Shown: positions 14,032-24,806 of the stretch, one piece after another
Numbering within the stretch: position 1 is the stretch's first letter
Layout: each line of letters begins with the position of its first letter
Source of the DNA: Neoechinorhynchus agilis
Lineage: Eukaryota > Animalia > Acanthocephala
Reading direction: 5' to 3'
NCBI GenBank assembly: GCA_051530055.1
Contig: CM121342.1
Span: 2,576,797-2,640,796 of the forward strand
DNA length: 64,000 nucleotides
Made by a program: the position numbers and the translations under genes
The notes under the pieces: generated by a model
What the model saw: the letters and a program-made list of their open reading frames with translations, nothing else
What the model was told of the DNA's origin: nothing
Database searches by the model: none

Positions 14032-14427
14032 CGTCCAAAAGTTGACACCTAACCGTCCAAAAGCAACCGGACTTTCAAAATTTAAATAAACCGACCCAAA
14101 GTAGCAACTTAACCGTCCAAAAGTTGACACCTAACCGTCCAAAAGCAACCGGACTTTCAAAATTTAAATAAACCGACCCAAAGTAGCAACTTAACCGTCC
14201 AAAAGTAGAAACTTAACCGTTCAAAAGCAACTTGACCGTCCAAATTTAAATAAACCGAACCAAAGTAGCAACTTAACCGTCCAAAAGTAGAAACTTAACC
14301 GTCTAAAAGCGACGTGACCTTCCAAATTTAAATAAACCGACCCAAAGTAACAACCTAACCGTCCAAAAGTAGAAACTTAACCGTCCAAAAGCAACTTGAC
14401 TGTCCAAATTGAAATAAACCGACCCAA
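14032..14427 (+). repeat. 82-bp minisatellite (~4.8 copies) built from 22+38+22-bp AACCG-initiated subunits
   Basis: AACCGTCCAAAAGCAACCGG occurs at 14051 and 14133 (82-bp period); subunits are AACCGTCCAAAAGT(TGACACCT/AGAAACTT), AACCGTCCAAAAGCAAC...AAATTTAAATA and AACCGACCCAAAGTAGCAACTT. Confidence 0.93.
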
Positions 14428-15197
14428 GAAGGATCCACAGATCGCAGTCAATCGACCATTGACCACTGAAAATTATCCGATCGCTTCGTCTGGTGAATCA
14501 GTACCTGGAATGGAATCGCGAATTAAAGTAGGATCTTTGCTAGGAGCCGAAGCAATCGAGATAAAAGCTCAACTGGCGATTCTATATCTTTGGCCAAAAA
14601 GTAATGAGTTCGGCGTCTCCAAGTGCAGCATTGATAAACTCTCCGCCGTACGATTTCGGTACAAATCCATGTGGAAATAACTGGTGGAATCAAAATTATC
14701 AATCAAGGTGGAATAAAAGTTACAAGGGATATGAAACACAAACATTGCCATCTCAGGAAGGGTTGAGCATTACTGGGATTCCTGCTCAGCCGAAGACTGA
14801 AGGAATGGAGCATAAATCGATATTCAAAGGTGCCGATGTGAAACCAAAGGTTTTATTTGACGACCACAGAACGACGAATTCAAGTTTCGATATCGAGTCA
14901 ATTAAAACGACCGCGCTAGAGCTTACAGAAATAACAGCTACCGAATCTTTAAGAACGACCGATGTACCAATCGAGAAAATGGAAATTACGACTGAAGCTT
15001 CCAAGACGCCAACAGCCTTGGCACCTTGCCTTATTGCTCAAAATGGTTCAGTATCACGGAACTGGCATTGGTGCTTCTCCTTAGAGCTTATTTGCGTTCT
15101 TTGGTTCTTCTTTCAAATTTGTTTGGTTGGCAAACATTCGGTGAGGGTAATTCTGTTAGCTTTCATATTCATCTCGTTTCTTCACCATGGAACTTAA
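14428..15197 (+). pseudogene. Gene A copy 1: unknown Ser/Thr-rich protein with a hydrophobic C-terminus; 5' end lost, 1-bp frameshift at ~14563
   Basis: ORFs 14396-14680 and 14604-15197 join if the G seen in copies 2/3 (ATGAAAAGCTC vs ATAAAAGCTC) is restored. The product has a T/S/E-rich stalk and ends CFSLELICVLWFFFQICLVGKHSVRVILLAFIFISFLHHGT. Confidence 0.5.
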
Positions 15198-17274
15198 TGA
15201 TTCAGCTTTCTTCGTGTAGATACAAAAATCTAGTCCTTCGAACGGAGCTCCTTTTATGGGATTTAATAAAACTCCTTCACAATTTCCACCATAAACAAAC
15301 ATAACGATAATAAACCGCAAGCAATAAATTATTTGTCTAGTTCAAAAGATTTCACTATTAATTTTGGACGAAGAATATTGCACTGTTGTTCTATTTTATT
15401 TGCTGGTGGAAATGAGAAGAAAAAGTCCATAAAACCCGAAACGTCGAATTTTGCATAGCGGTCCGTATTTAAGCTTTAAACTTATTCGGCATAAAAAAAT
15501 TAAACATCGATTCTCGCTTTGAAATTAGCCAAATGCAATGCGCCTGAATGTTACGTAAAGAACTTAATTATTTTAAGGTTTGAATTGACAAAAAAAATTA
15601 AAAACCAAAACGTAAACGCTTATTTCTTGATTATTAGAATCTAAAAACGATTTCGAAGTTCTTCAAAAATGCATACGACGACTAACAATAAGTTTAGAAA
15701 ATAAAAAAAGGATAATGCGTCCAAAATTCATATTTTTGAGAAGAAAGCAAGCGTAGAGAGTTTGAAAAGTTCACTAAAAGTTGGTTTTTGACAACGATGT
15801 AAAGTCCGATAATGACAAAAAAACAATTTTTTAGAGGACCTTGATTAAAATTGAATGATATTAACCAAGTACGATTCAGCATTAAGGAAATTTAACAATA
15901 AGTTTTACAATAATAAAGGACAAAACGTGATATCACCACCGTCCACAAAATTGGAACTTCTCTCCGTCCTCGGCTGTCGCTATCACGCTAGCAGCATTGC
16001 CTCGTTATGTTAAGGAAATTTATACATTTAAATATATCACCACTTTTCGTCGACATATCTTATTTCTTTAAAAAATACAGTCGATAGATTTATGAAGAAT
16101 TTTCTACAAAGTCAAAAAATGACCGAAGTCTTCTTCTTAGCAATGGACGATAATGTGATCTTCTAATGATCGATCTTACAGCTTGATGCGAAATTTATGG
16201 ACGAACCATTAGACCGTATTAGAATTCAACAAATATTTGATCATAACGCTCTCATCCGTAGTTATTACATTTATTTCCCTGTAAATAACGGGACTTTGAA
16301 TCAAAATTCATTCGCGACTATGAAACTTTCAATAAAAAATAACAGATTTACCAGTCTTTTTTGCCGTAACATCAGCCAAAGAATAAAATAAACGTAATGA
16401 TTGCTTTAACTGTACTGCTGAACATCTCTATTGACAATAAAATAATTACCAGCACGCAAGTTTCTTGATTATACAAATAGAAATGTAGATAAAAGCAAAG
16501 CAAACCGCTCGTGCGCTCATTGGTTGATTTTATCAGCTTTTAATAACGAAATACAACAAACGCCCCTTTAGCATTTGATCTGCATCGCTCTTTTCACAGC
16601 AGATAAATACTCAACGCAGCTTCTATCGAGAGAGTTTTCAATAAGTTACTGCTATAACTCGAAAACGAACTTCTGAAATCTCTTGATAAAAATTATTATA
16701 TCTACAACATCAAATTACTTCAACTACTCAGGAAACTATTTAAATTTTATACAATATCAAGGGAACATTCAACTATTTAAAATTACCTGAAATACTTAAA
16801 ACGTAAGTAATATTATCGACATACAGGAAAACGATTTTGATAAAACGAGCACGACAAAAATTATTTCAAGTGCTAAAATTTCCGCATTTTATCTTTTTAC
16901 CTTAATCGCGTTTTTGGTAGTGCCCTGAAGGGTGGAATTTTTTCATGTATAGAAATTCGTTCTCTATAGAAAAAATTGACATAAGTTCATCAAAAAAGTT
17001 TGTTTTAATTATTTAGAACTAAATCAATGACCGAAAGTTGGTCTTAGAAACAATAGAATAGAATTTGAGCGAAACTCCTGCTTTTTAAAATTTACTTTAT
17101 TTAGCTTTATTAAGGTTTTAATTAGGTTTCCGTAATTAGCGCATTTTCCACAAAAGCACTATAGAAAAAATTAATTAAGGGATACAATCACTTAATTTCA
17201 ATAATTTTTCTCGTCGCTGCTGAAAGAGTTTACTTATACAATGACCGGTTATTTAATAACATTCCATTTTTAGA

Positions 17275-18996
17275 ATGTCAAATAGATTACCTGAAGTAGT
17301 GTTCGATCCAGAAACCGGCACATTTCACATCCCAAGTTACCAATTACCAGATGGTACGTGGACGCAGGAGCTCGTTGGTCAACCAGAAATCATTAATGAG
17401 AGCTCCGAGAAATCAGCAAAAGGAAACGATTCGGATGGTGTAAGAATAAGTTCAGCTAATACAATAATTCGTTCCGAAACGGAGAGAGAGCTGGGACTTT
17501 ATTCTGACCGAAATCGCGATATTGAGCGAAATATAAATTGTCTAATTGATGGAAGTAATGAGGTACAAGATACCAAGAAACACGAAAACGATAGTCCTGT
17601 AACTATGGCAGTTGATGTTTGTGTTGAGTGCAACGATGGGTCCGATGAGTCCGAATATTGCAGTGACTGCGAACGCAACAAAAAATGCAACTCTCAAATC
17701 GATAATGCCCCGGATACACAGACTTCAAATGATAACAATAATATGGTTCATCGATTAAAATCTAACCAAATTGAAGACGAAATTCCGGCCAACCAAAAAA
17801 CTAATATTTCTCATGAATTTGTTGGACACAGGCCGCCGCCGGCGCATTGTCGAGATCTACAAAACCAACAAAGGAGGGATGCCAAAAATGGGACGGAACG
17901 ATCAGATACTCCAAGAAGCAGAACAGTTAATCGACCGAACTCGAATCGCAATCAATTCTTTGCCGATCGATTGGGTGAGCGAGGTGAATCATCGGGACCA
18001 AGATTTCAGAACCAGAGACCGCATGATCAAGTTCATTCTAAAAATCAATACTCAAATTATCGACAAAACCATAATAATAGACATCAGCAAGATTGTAGAT
18101 TAAATTATAACTCAAGGGATAATGGCGAACGAAGGTCACGTTGGCAGGACTCTACAACGAGACAACAACATTATAACCAGAGGCAGTTCCCGATGAACCG
18201 GCAGCATTCAAATCGCGACGATCGAATGTACGAGCGAGATTATCGAGCACGGAATTACCTGGAAGGCCGACAAGAAGTTTACTACAATCGCAACACTGAA
18301 CCGAGCCGAAACGAATGCGACGAAAAATCCAATTCACGAATTGATAATGCTGTTGATACACAGAATTTAAATGATGACAAAAATACGGCTCATCGATCAA
18401 AATCGAACCAAAATGAACAGCGAATTCCGGCTAACCAGCAAACCGATGTTTCTCATGAATCTGCTGAACACAGGCCACCGTCGGCGCATTGTCGAGATTC
18501 ACAAAGCCAACAAAGGAGGGATGTACAAAATGAGACGGAACGATTAGATACTCCAAGAAGCAGAACAGTTCAGCCACCGAACTCTAATCGCAATCAATTC
18601 ATTGCCGATCGATTTGGCGAGCGAGATGAATCCTCACGACCGAGATTTCAAACCCAAAGACCGCTGGATCAAGTTCGTTCTAGAAATCAATACTCTAATC
18701 ATCGACAAAACGATAATAATAGACATCGGCAAGATGGTAGAGTAAATTATAACTCTAGGGATAATGGCGAGCGAAGGTCACGTTGGCAGGACTCTACAAC
18801 GAGACAACAACATTATAACATGAGGCAGTTCCCGATGAACCGGCAGCATTCAAATCGCGACGATCGAATGTACGAGCGAGATTATCGAGTACGGAATTAC
18901 CAGGAAGGCCGACAAGACGTTTACTACAATCGCGACACGGAACAGAGCCGAAATAGAAACTTCAGTAAATCACGGAGCTTTTACAGTAGAAGATAA
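17275..18996 (+). CDS. Gene B copy 1: unknown 573-aa R/N/Q/D-rich low-complexity protein with two 214-aa repeats
   Basis: 1.7-kb uninterrupted ORF in AT-rich DNA, also open in two other copies. The ATG is preceded by a TTTTAG acceptor (17273); a GTAAGT donor at 16803 could add an in-frame upstream exon. Confidence 0.8.
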   Translation: MSNRLPEVVFDPETGTFHIPSYQLPDGTWTQELVGQPEIINESSEKSAKGNDSDGVRISSANTIIRSETERELGLYSDRNRDIERNINCLIDGSNEVQDTKKHENDSPVTMAVDVCVECNDGSDESEYCSDCERNKKCNSQIDNAPDTQTSNDNNNMVHRLKSNQIEDEIPANQKTNISHEFVGHRPPPAHCRDLQNQQRRDAKNGTERSDTPRSRTVNRPNSNRNQFFADRLGERGESSGPRFQNQRPHDQVHSKNQYSNYRQNHNNRHQQDCRLNYNSRDNGERRSRWQDSTTRQQHYNQRQFPMNRQHSNRDDRMYERDYRARNYLEGRQEVYYNRNTEPSRNECDEKSNSRIDNAVDTQNLNDDKNTAHRSKSNQNEQRIPANQQTDVSHESAEHRPPSAHCRDSQSQQRRDVQNETERLDTPRSRTVQPPNSNRNQFIADRFGERDESSRPRFQTQRPLDQVRSRNQYSNHRQNDNNRHRQDGRVNYNSRDNGERRSRWQDSTTRQQHYNMRQFPMNRQHSNRDDRMYERDYRVRNYQEGRQDVYYNRDTEQSRNRNFSKSRSFYSRR

Positions 18997-19699
18997 TGTT
19001 GAAAAGCCGACGATTATGGTCTTATTACAAAAAACGTTATAAATGCTTTATTTGTGCTTTTGTTTTAAAAAAATTATAAAGTTTTACTTATAATTCTATT
19101 GAAAGTGAAGTGGGCATCGGAACCGTGCCTCGATTTTCATTAAAATTCGGTAAGTAAAAGCAGACATCTTGGCATGTATTTACTTTGAACCAAGCTTATT
19201 TATGCAGCAAATATTAATATTTACGCTTAAGATAATGAAAGTCTAGAGTAAATCGACTTTATTTGTACGAAATTCATTACTTAAAGCTCATTTAGAGAAT
19301 TTTCAGTGGTCGTTGATACTTCTAAATAATCGTTTAATACATCTCTCATAATCTCAATCTTCTGAAGTTCCATTATCCACGGCAATAAAAAATTCTAATC
19401 CATGCAGTTGACCAGTGTTATTTACTTGCGGACTGATTTAAAATGGCCGCAGAGCTAACGGATTTTTAAGTTTTTTAAATCTTTTTTAGTTCTATTTTTC
19501 GCGAAAAATCTTGATTTTTCGTTATCCTATGAATATGATCTTTTTTGTATTTGTTTGATCTTTAGGTCTAGCTGGTTAATTCGCTCTCAGAAAATAAAAT
19601 TCAGGGTTTTAATCAACTAACCGAAGGAAAAAATGTGGGAGCTCGAATGGTGGCGGGCTCAAATATCCAGCTATTTCATCGGGCCGTAGCAGTACCTTT

Positions 19700-20280
19700 T
19701 GACATTGTATCGCGGAACATATTTGAGCAGTTGCTTTTCGATTTAAGGAATCCATCGACGCAGAAAAACTCGTAATTTGGTTTGGAATTTACTTGAAACA
19801 TAAATTTAAAAAAGAATTGCTGGCACTGATTCCAACGCAAAATTTAACAAACGGCAACGATACATAAAAGACACTGAAGGAATTTTTATCAAGCAATGAT
19901 AACTATATGAGAAAGTTCTTATCGATCAATAATGTTTGGACGGAGAAAAGGCCAGATTGTGTTTTCCGAGCTTATCGTTGTATTATTCACCAGCAAACTT
20001 TGTATTAAAAACTTAAAGATGATAACCTGCAAAATATTATGTCTATTGTTGTTAAAATTGTAAACTTTATTCATGCAAATCATTTAAATCACAAGCAGTT
20101 TTGAGACGTTGCTACAAGAATACGATAGCAATTATAGTGATTTTGTTCTGCGTGCCAAGTTCGCAAGCTGAGGAAAGACTAACATCAAGTTGAAAAAGCG
20201 AGTGTTTTTGACGGACGAACTGATTTTATTGATTTTTTTAGAATTGTTCGCATGGCCGCCAGAGCCAACGGATTTTTTCC
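19700..20280 (+). mobile_element. Degenerate hAT (Buster/Charlie/SPIN-type) transposase remnant
   Basis: 19970-20180 translates to AYRCIIHQQTLY*KLKDDNLQNIMSIVVKIVNFIHANHLNHKQF*DV, matching the CxxH and following VVKIVNFI..LNHRQF segment of this family. A related piece lies at ~55500-55740 on the minus strand. Confidence 0.65.
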
Positions 20281-21173
20281 AACCTTGATAAAGGCACGAT
20301 ATTGCTCTCTTTTATTTTTCCGCCATTTATAAACAGTGATAACATGGTTATTAAAGTACTAGATTTCGGTTTGAAACAATTTGTACAAAAAAGATACAAG
20401 AGTATCAAAATCCAATTTTAATTCGTAAAATCATCTCTAGAGCTATTTAGCAAAGCTTAAATAAAATGTAAACTTTTGGAGCGAAAACTCTCACTGCAGA
20501 AAACAGCTTTCTAACTTTCACTTCTATCTCGAAACAATTTACAATGACTAACGAGGCGAGGTTATCTCGCGAAATATCTCAATTAAATAAAAACGTATGT
20601 TCTCCAAGTGTTTACAATGATTAACCCGAAGGATTTTCAATCGATGCTTAAATAAAATGTGTCTCTTAATGCCTGAGGTCGACAGCGTGAAAAGCGACCC
20701 TCCAGGAGTGCTCTTAAGAGCGCAATATGAAATGGGAGGATCAAGTAGTAAGTGTCTTGAACGTTTGATTTTTTTACCTTTTTTAATGTGTTCTTTAAGG
20801 AGGAGTTAAAGCAAAAATGCTGCTGTGTTTTTTTGATATTAAGATTTGTAAAAAATGTCGTGGATTTCATTGTCAGTCGAAGACCTTCTAGAAACCGAAG
20901 ATTTGGTTAACTGGGCGATAAAGATTTTATGGAGTTTTATAATTAAGCTTAAGCCATTCACATGGCTCTGAATGTTTATCAAGAACTGTACAAAATAAGA
21001 AATGTCATCAGCTATAATTATAAGATTAATGATATGGGAATCCTTTATCCGCTTGAAAATATAAATCATACTAGTTTAAAATAATGTATCGGAAAGCGGT
21101 GATCTATGCGGGACACCGTACGTCAAGTAAAACTGGGAGCAAGTAGCATCAGCTTCATAATAAAAATACGTAA

Positions 21174-21703
21174 ATGGCACCACGCCAAGAGAAATTTCCG
21201 ATCGGTTCGGTTGTATGCCTAAAAAGGAAAATAAGCCGATTCCTCTCTCTCGACAACGTCTACTCTCTCAATGAATCAATGAACAGTGAGCGGCACTTGA
21301 CTAACTATTCTGCTTTTATTGATGTCGTACTAAAGAAGTGCTTTGAACGAGTTACTGAAACTCTAAAGGACTCATTAATTGAAGAGATGAGCACAGTTAA
21401 GAATATATTATCGAAAGCTATTCAGTGCGAAATGGAAACTCTCAAAAATGAACAGTTTATCGAAGTCAAGAAATGCAAAAGGAAAAAGCTAAGGGCTCAA
21501 AGAGGAAGGCAAAGATTTCAAAGGCGAATTCTAAGAAACAAGCTAAAGGTTTACTGAAATCGGATAATGAAGCTTCCACGAAGGAAAATAAGGTTTTGGT
21601 AGATCTCATCAATATGCCAAACTCAAACGAAGATTCGTTGGAAACGAGTGGTGTTCAAAAGACTGCAGATATTTCGACAATGACAATCCCTTCTTCAGTT
21701 TGA
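21174..21703 (+). other. Two overlapping ORFs (127 aa + 76 aa), Lys-rich/coiled-coil-like, unidentified; possibly a decayed gene or retroelement ORF1
   Basis: ORF track only; no recognisable motif. Confidence 0.2.
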
Positions 21704-23039
21704 TGATTTTCGAGAATAGCACACATTGTACGAGTAGTGGCACACATCGTAGCATTTAACATATGAACGTATTCGACAGCAGGAATGGGGCCGCCGCTAA
21801 CAGTACTCTTTTAGTTTGTCCAAATCGAACTTTAAGACGTTGCAATTGATAGTCCGTACAGTTTTAACAAGTAACGAGTTCTCTAAAGGTTCTACGTCCC
21901 GGAAATTCGGCTTCCAAATCGTACTTCATCACAGCAGCATTATTTAATTCCCCAGATACAATGTTAACTATTCCATAGGGAAGGCCAAGTGCTTGAGCGA
22001 ATTTCTCTGAATGTTTAATCATTCGATGAAACATTGGCCAACTGTCTGAGGGCGACGTTATAACGAATTGTTCAACCTTTTTGGAACTGGTGAACGCGAA
22101 AAATCCCACGAGTATCTTTCCATGACTACCAGCTTCTAATCTAAAGCACGGACCTATTCCACAGTACTTCACAGGGAGAGTTTGAGGAGAAAGCCATTCA
22201 TCACGGTGAAAAGTAGCGATTGGTTGCTCCCTTGTAGCAATCAAATATTTTGTATGATCGTCATTTTCGTCCGTTGAACGAGCAGTAACTTTGTAGAGCT
22301 CTTCATCGAATTGACTAAGCTGTGCGACTTCCTGCATAATTGATCTTTTTATCATTATTGGAGTAGATATACATTGATATCCGTCATCGAGGAGAATTCG
22401 AGAAGCGTATTGAACAAGTGCTTGTTCAAGAAATACCAATGGGCCTTTTAGGAAATATCCACGGGATCCCATCACTTTCTGACCGCGTTCATAATCAACT
22501 CCATCGATCAGTACACAAAGATCAACATGAGACAAAAGTTCAGTTGGTTGATTTCTCCTTGGTTCAGGTTTAGACGTTCGTTCGAGTCGATTGTTTTGTT
22601 CATCGTTACTGATGGGCACTTGAGGGTGGAGAAGATTTTCTATTTCGTTGAAAGCAGCATCTCGTTAGGCCTCTAACTCACTAACTCGTTGTTTACTTTT
22701 CGCGATTTCATCGTCCACTTTCACACTGATTGCACGAATGTCATCCCTTGAACATAGAGACATTTGTTCAAAACTCAAAGAAAGGATATCGTCAACCGAA
22801 AGAGGTTCCTGTCCTTTAATCTCTGCTTTATTTTTTATTCGTTCCCGAAAAGCTCGACCGCACATTGTCTTCTTTTTATGCCAGTTGTCCAAACGAAAAC
22901 GCTCTTTTCTCCATTGATCATCTTTCTCGAGCACTTTGTCTACTAAGGCAGTTCCTTTATACCGATTGATTTCCGATTGACGGACCAACTCGGGATCTCC
23001 TCCTTTATCCTTGCGAAGAATGTCTAGATCCAGAACCAT
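21675..23039 (-). pseudogene. SARS1: Cytosolic seryl-tRNA synthetase pseudogene, intronless
   Basis: Recognisable segments: [74 protein letters not shown] and [28 protein letters not shown]. Lesions: stops at ~22665 (TAG) and ~21864 (TAA), a -1/+1 frameshift pair in motif 2, a further frameshift near 21790, and a missing C-terminal tail. Confidence 0.93.
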
Positions 23040-23769
23040 CTTAAAAGTGGTCTCTTTCGGCAAAAATGCCATTAATTCATTTACGTACTTTTTCAGAAAG
23101 TTTCGTTTTCCCGTAAATAAACGAGAACATTACGAGTTTTTTTGTCCTTTGGCGTTACTCCAGCTCAAATTGTAGAAAACTTACAAGCAGTAAGTGTTGG
23201 CGATTAGCTAAAGCCCAATGACGACCGAAGATGCGATTGCATCTCAGAGGGCACATTAAAAAATGAAAGATAATCGGTGGAAGGCTTTTATAGAGTTGGA
23301 GGAGTTTATCTTTGTTAAATTCGAAAACAATGAAATCATTCGGATCGAAATGCCCGTTCTTTTTCGGTTGGTCGAAACCAAAGTGTACCAAGGGAATCGT
23401 TTTTAATTGGAAGGATTTTCGTTAAATTTGGTTTTGGGCGTTTGGGTTTTAAAATTGATTCGATTTATTGATAAACTGCGGACTGAAGTTAAATAGAAGC
23501 CATCCCTTATGACTCCGCATTTGTTACTAAATTAGTTGTTGTCAATGAAAATCCATTAGTGCCACAAAAAAAGTCTTAAAATGATTCTAATCTTACTGTG
23601 GATGAGTATGATAATGTGATTGGGATAAAAGGTAACGATAGGAAAAAAGAAAATGATCCAGCTGAATTAATTACTATGAAAGCTACGGTCGAGCAAAAAG
23701 TCCAAGCAACACCTGAACGAGAGAAACAAAAGCAAAAGGAGGAGCTCCACCAAAATCAATCAACCATTC

Positions 23770-24230
23770 GATTCATTTCGGTAATGATACTCCTCCACCT
23801 CGGCCATCATCCCCCGTTGCTCTGAATTCGACCCTTCGCATCATGCACTCCTTCATCGAGGATAGAAATCACACCATATTTATTTCTGGTATGCCGGAAG
23901 CCCCCGTCGCTGATGCACAAAACCGCCACCAAATCTTTCGAACCGGTCAACTCCTTTTCCCCGACATTCACTCCACCATTCCTCCCCCATTAACAGTTAT
24001 GCGCCGTCCACCCAAAAATTCCTTTAACCCGAGACCACGTCTCCTCAAAGTAACTTTTATTTCACCATTCGTAGCCTCCCGCTTTCTTAACAGGAGATAC
24101 AAACTCCTAAATTTTCTTTTCGTATCTATTCACATAAGAACGCATCACAAAATCTTTCCACATGCCCTCCAAACTTAATCCAGAATTCATCTTCCAATGT
24201 AATCCTTCACTCCTAGAAAAAATCAACGAA
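23770..24230 (+). mobile_element. LINE ORF1 C-terminal remnant (CR1/L2-like)
   Basis: EDRNHTIFISGMPE...RPRLLKVTFISPFVASRFL resembles the RxxNIIIxGLPE...RPRxLKVxF signature; C-rich composition like the LINE at 12470. Confidence 0.55.
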
Positions 24231-24305
24231 CATCTTCCCATCCCATAAAAAACGAAGAATAAGCAACTTTCGAGTCCCGAATAACCACAAAGGTCAATCT
24301 CCAAC

Positions 24306-24442
24306 TTGATGTTACTGATTCTTGTCGGTCACGTAAAAGAAGCAGCTCCGGCGGCCAACGCAGGGTCGGTGTGCCGCTCCACTTGGTGATGCGGCAGCGA
24401 ACAGAAGAAGCAAAATCCACCAGTGCGACGGGAAAAAGCGAG
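24306..24442 (+). repeat. Duplicate of the 5' end (24807-24968) of the downstream RTE-like element, with a 25-bp deletion
   Basis: Near-identical TTGATGTTACTGATTCTTGTCGG...GGAAAAAGCGAG; lacks GACAGCTACTGATAGTAGCCTGTCA. Confidence 0.9.
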
Positions 24443-24806
24443 CGCTATTTAAGACGGCGTTCCTTTTTATTGATTCAAATATTATTTACGTGAACGCTTA
24501 ACTTGAGAATGGCTTACCTTTTTCCTCACTGCCTTGTGTACGATAAGTCGCATTGTCTTATGAAAGCACATGAGTTTGTGGGAACAATGTTGTTTTCCTT
24601 CGGGAAAAATCGCTCAATAATCTGCTCGTTGTTTAGGTGATCCATGTATCGTTTCTGCCACGCTCTTGCATTTTCTCTCCGGATTAGACGCATATGTGAG
24701 TTTCGGCAATCAATTAAATCGATACATAGTTTCTGAGTTGGTTTTTAATATATAAACTAACTAATCCACTTAAATAGACCTCGATATTCTTTCACGATGA
24801 TCGGAA

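Larger units (their letters stand above)
14428..19440 (+). repeat. Inverted, moderately diverged copy of the two-gene block also at ~42790-47701 and ~55720-60729
   Basis: It is collinear with the reverse complement of both other copies (coding and intergenic). Homology starts at AGAAG(G/T)ATCCACAGAT at ~14427. Confidence 0.93.

Noticed and set aside
14032-14427. CRISPR-like or telomeric array
   Set aside because: There are no unique spacers (the intervening sequence is itself repeated), no cas genes and a eukaryotic context. TAACC/CCTAA matches are isolated, not tandem telomere repeats.
15435-15450. CCCGAAACGTC as a further hammerhead half
   Set aside because: No CUGAnGA box or stem II upstream.
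17499-18400. Antisense ORFs over gene B (and equivalents at 43083-44629 and 56085-57631)
   Set aside because: Shadow frames of the long ORF; short, variable between copies and without motifs.
21864-22667. Stop-codon reassignment suggested by in-frame TAG/TAA in SerRS
   Set aside because: The two stops replace different residues (E/Q-type and Ser positions) and frameshifts are also present. Long ORFs in trehalase, SLC4 and gene B have no internal stops.
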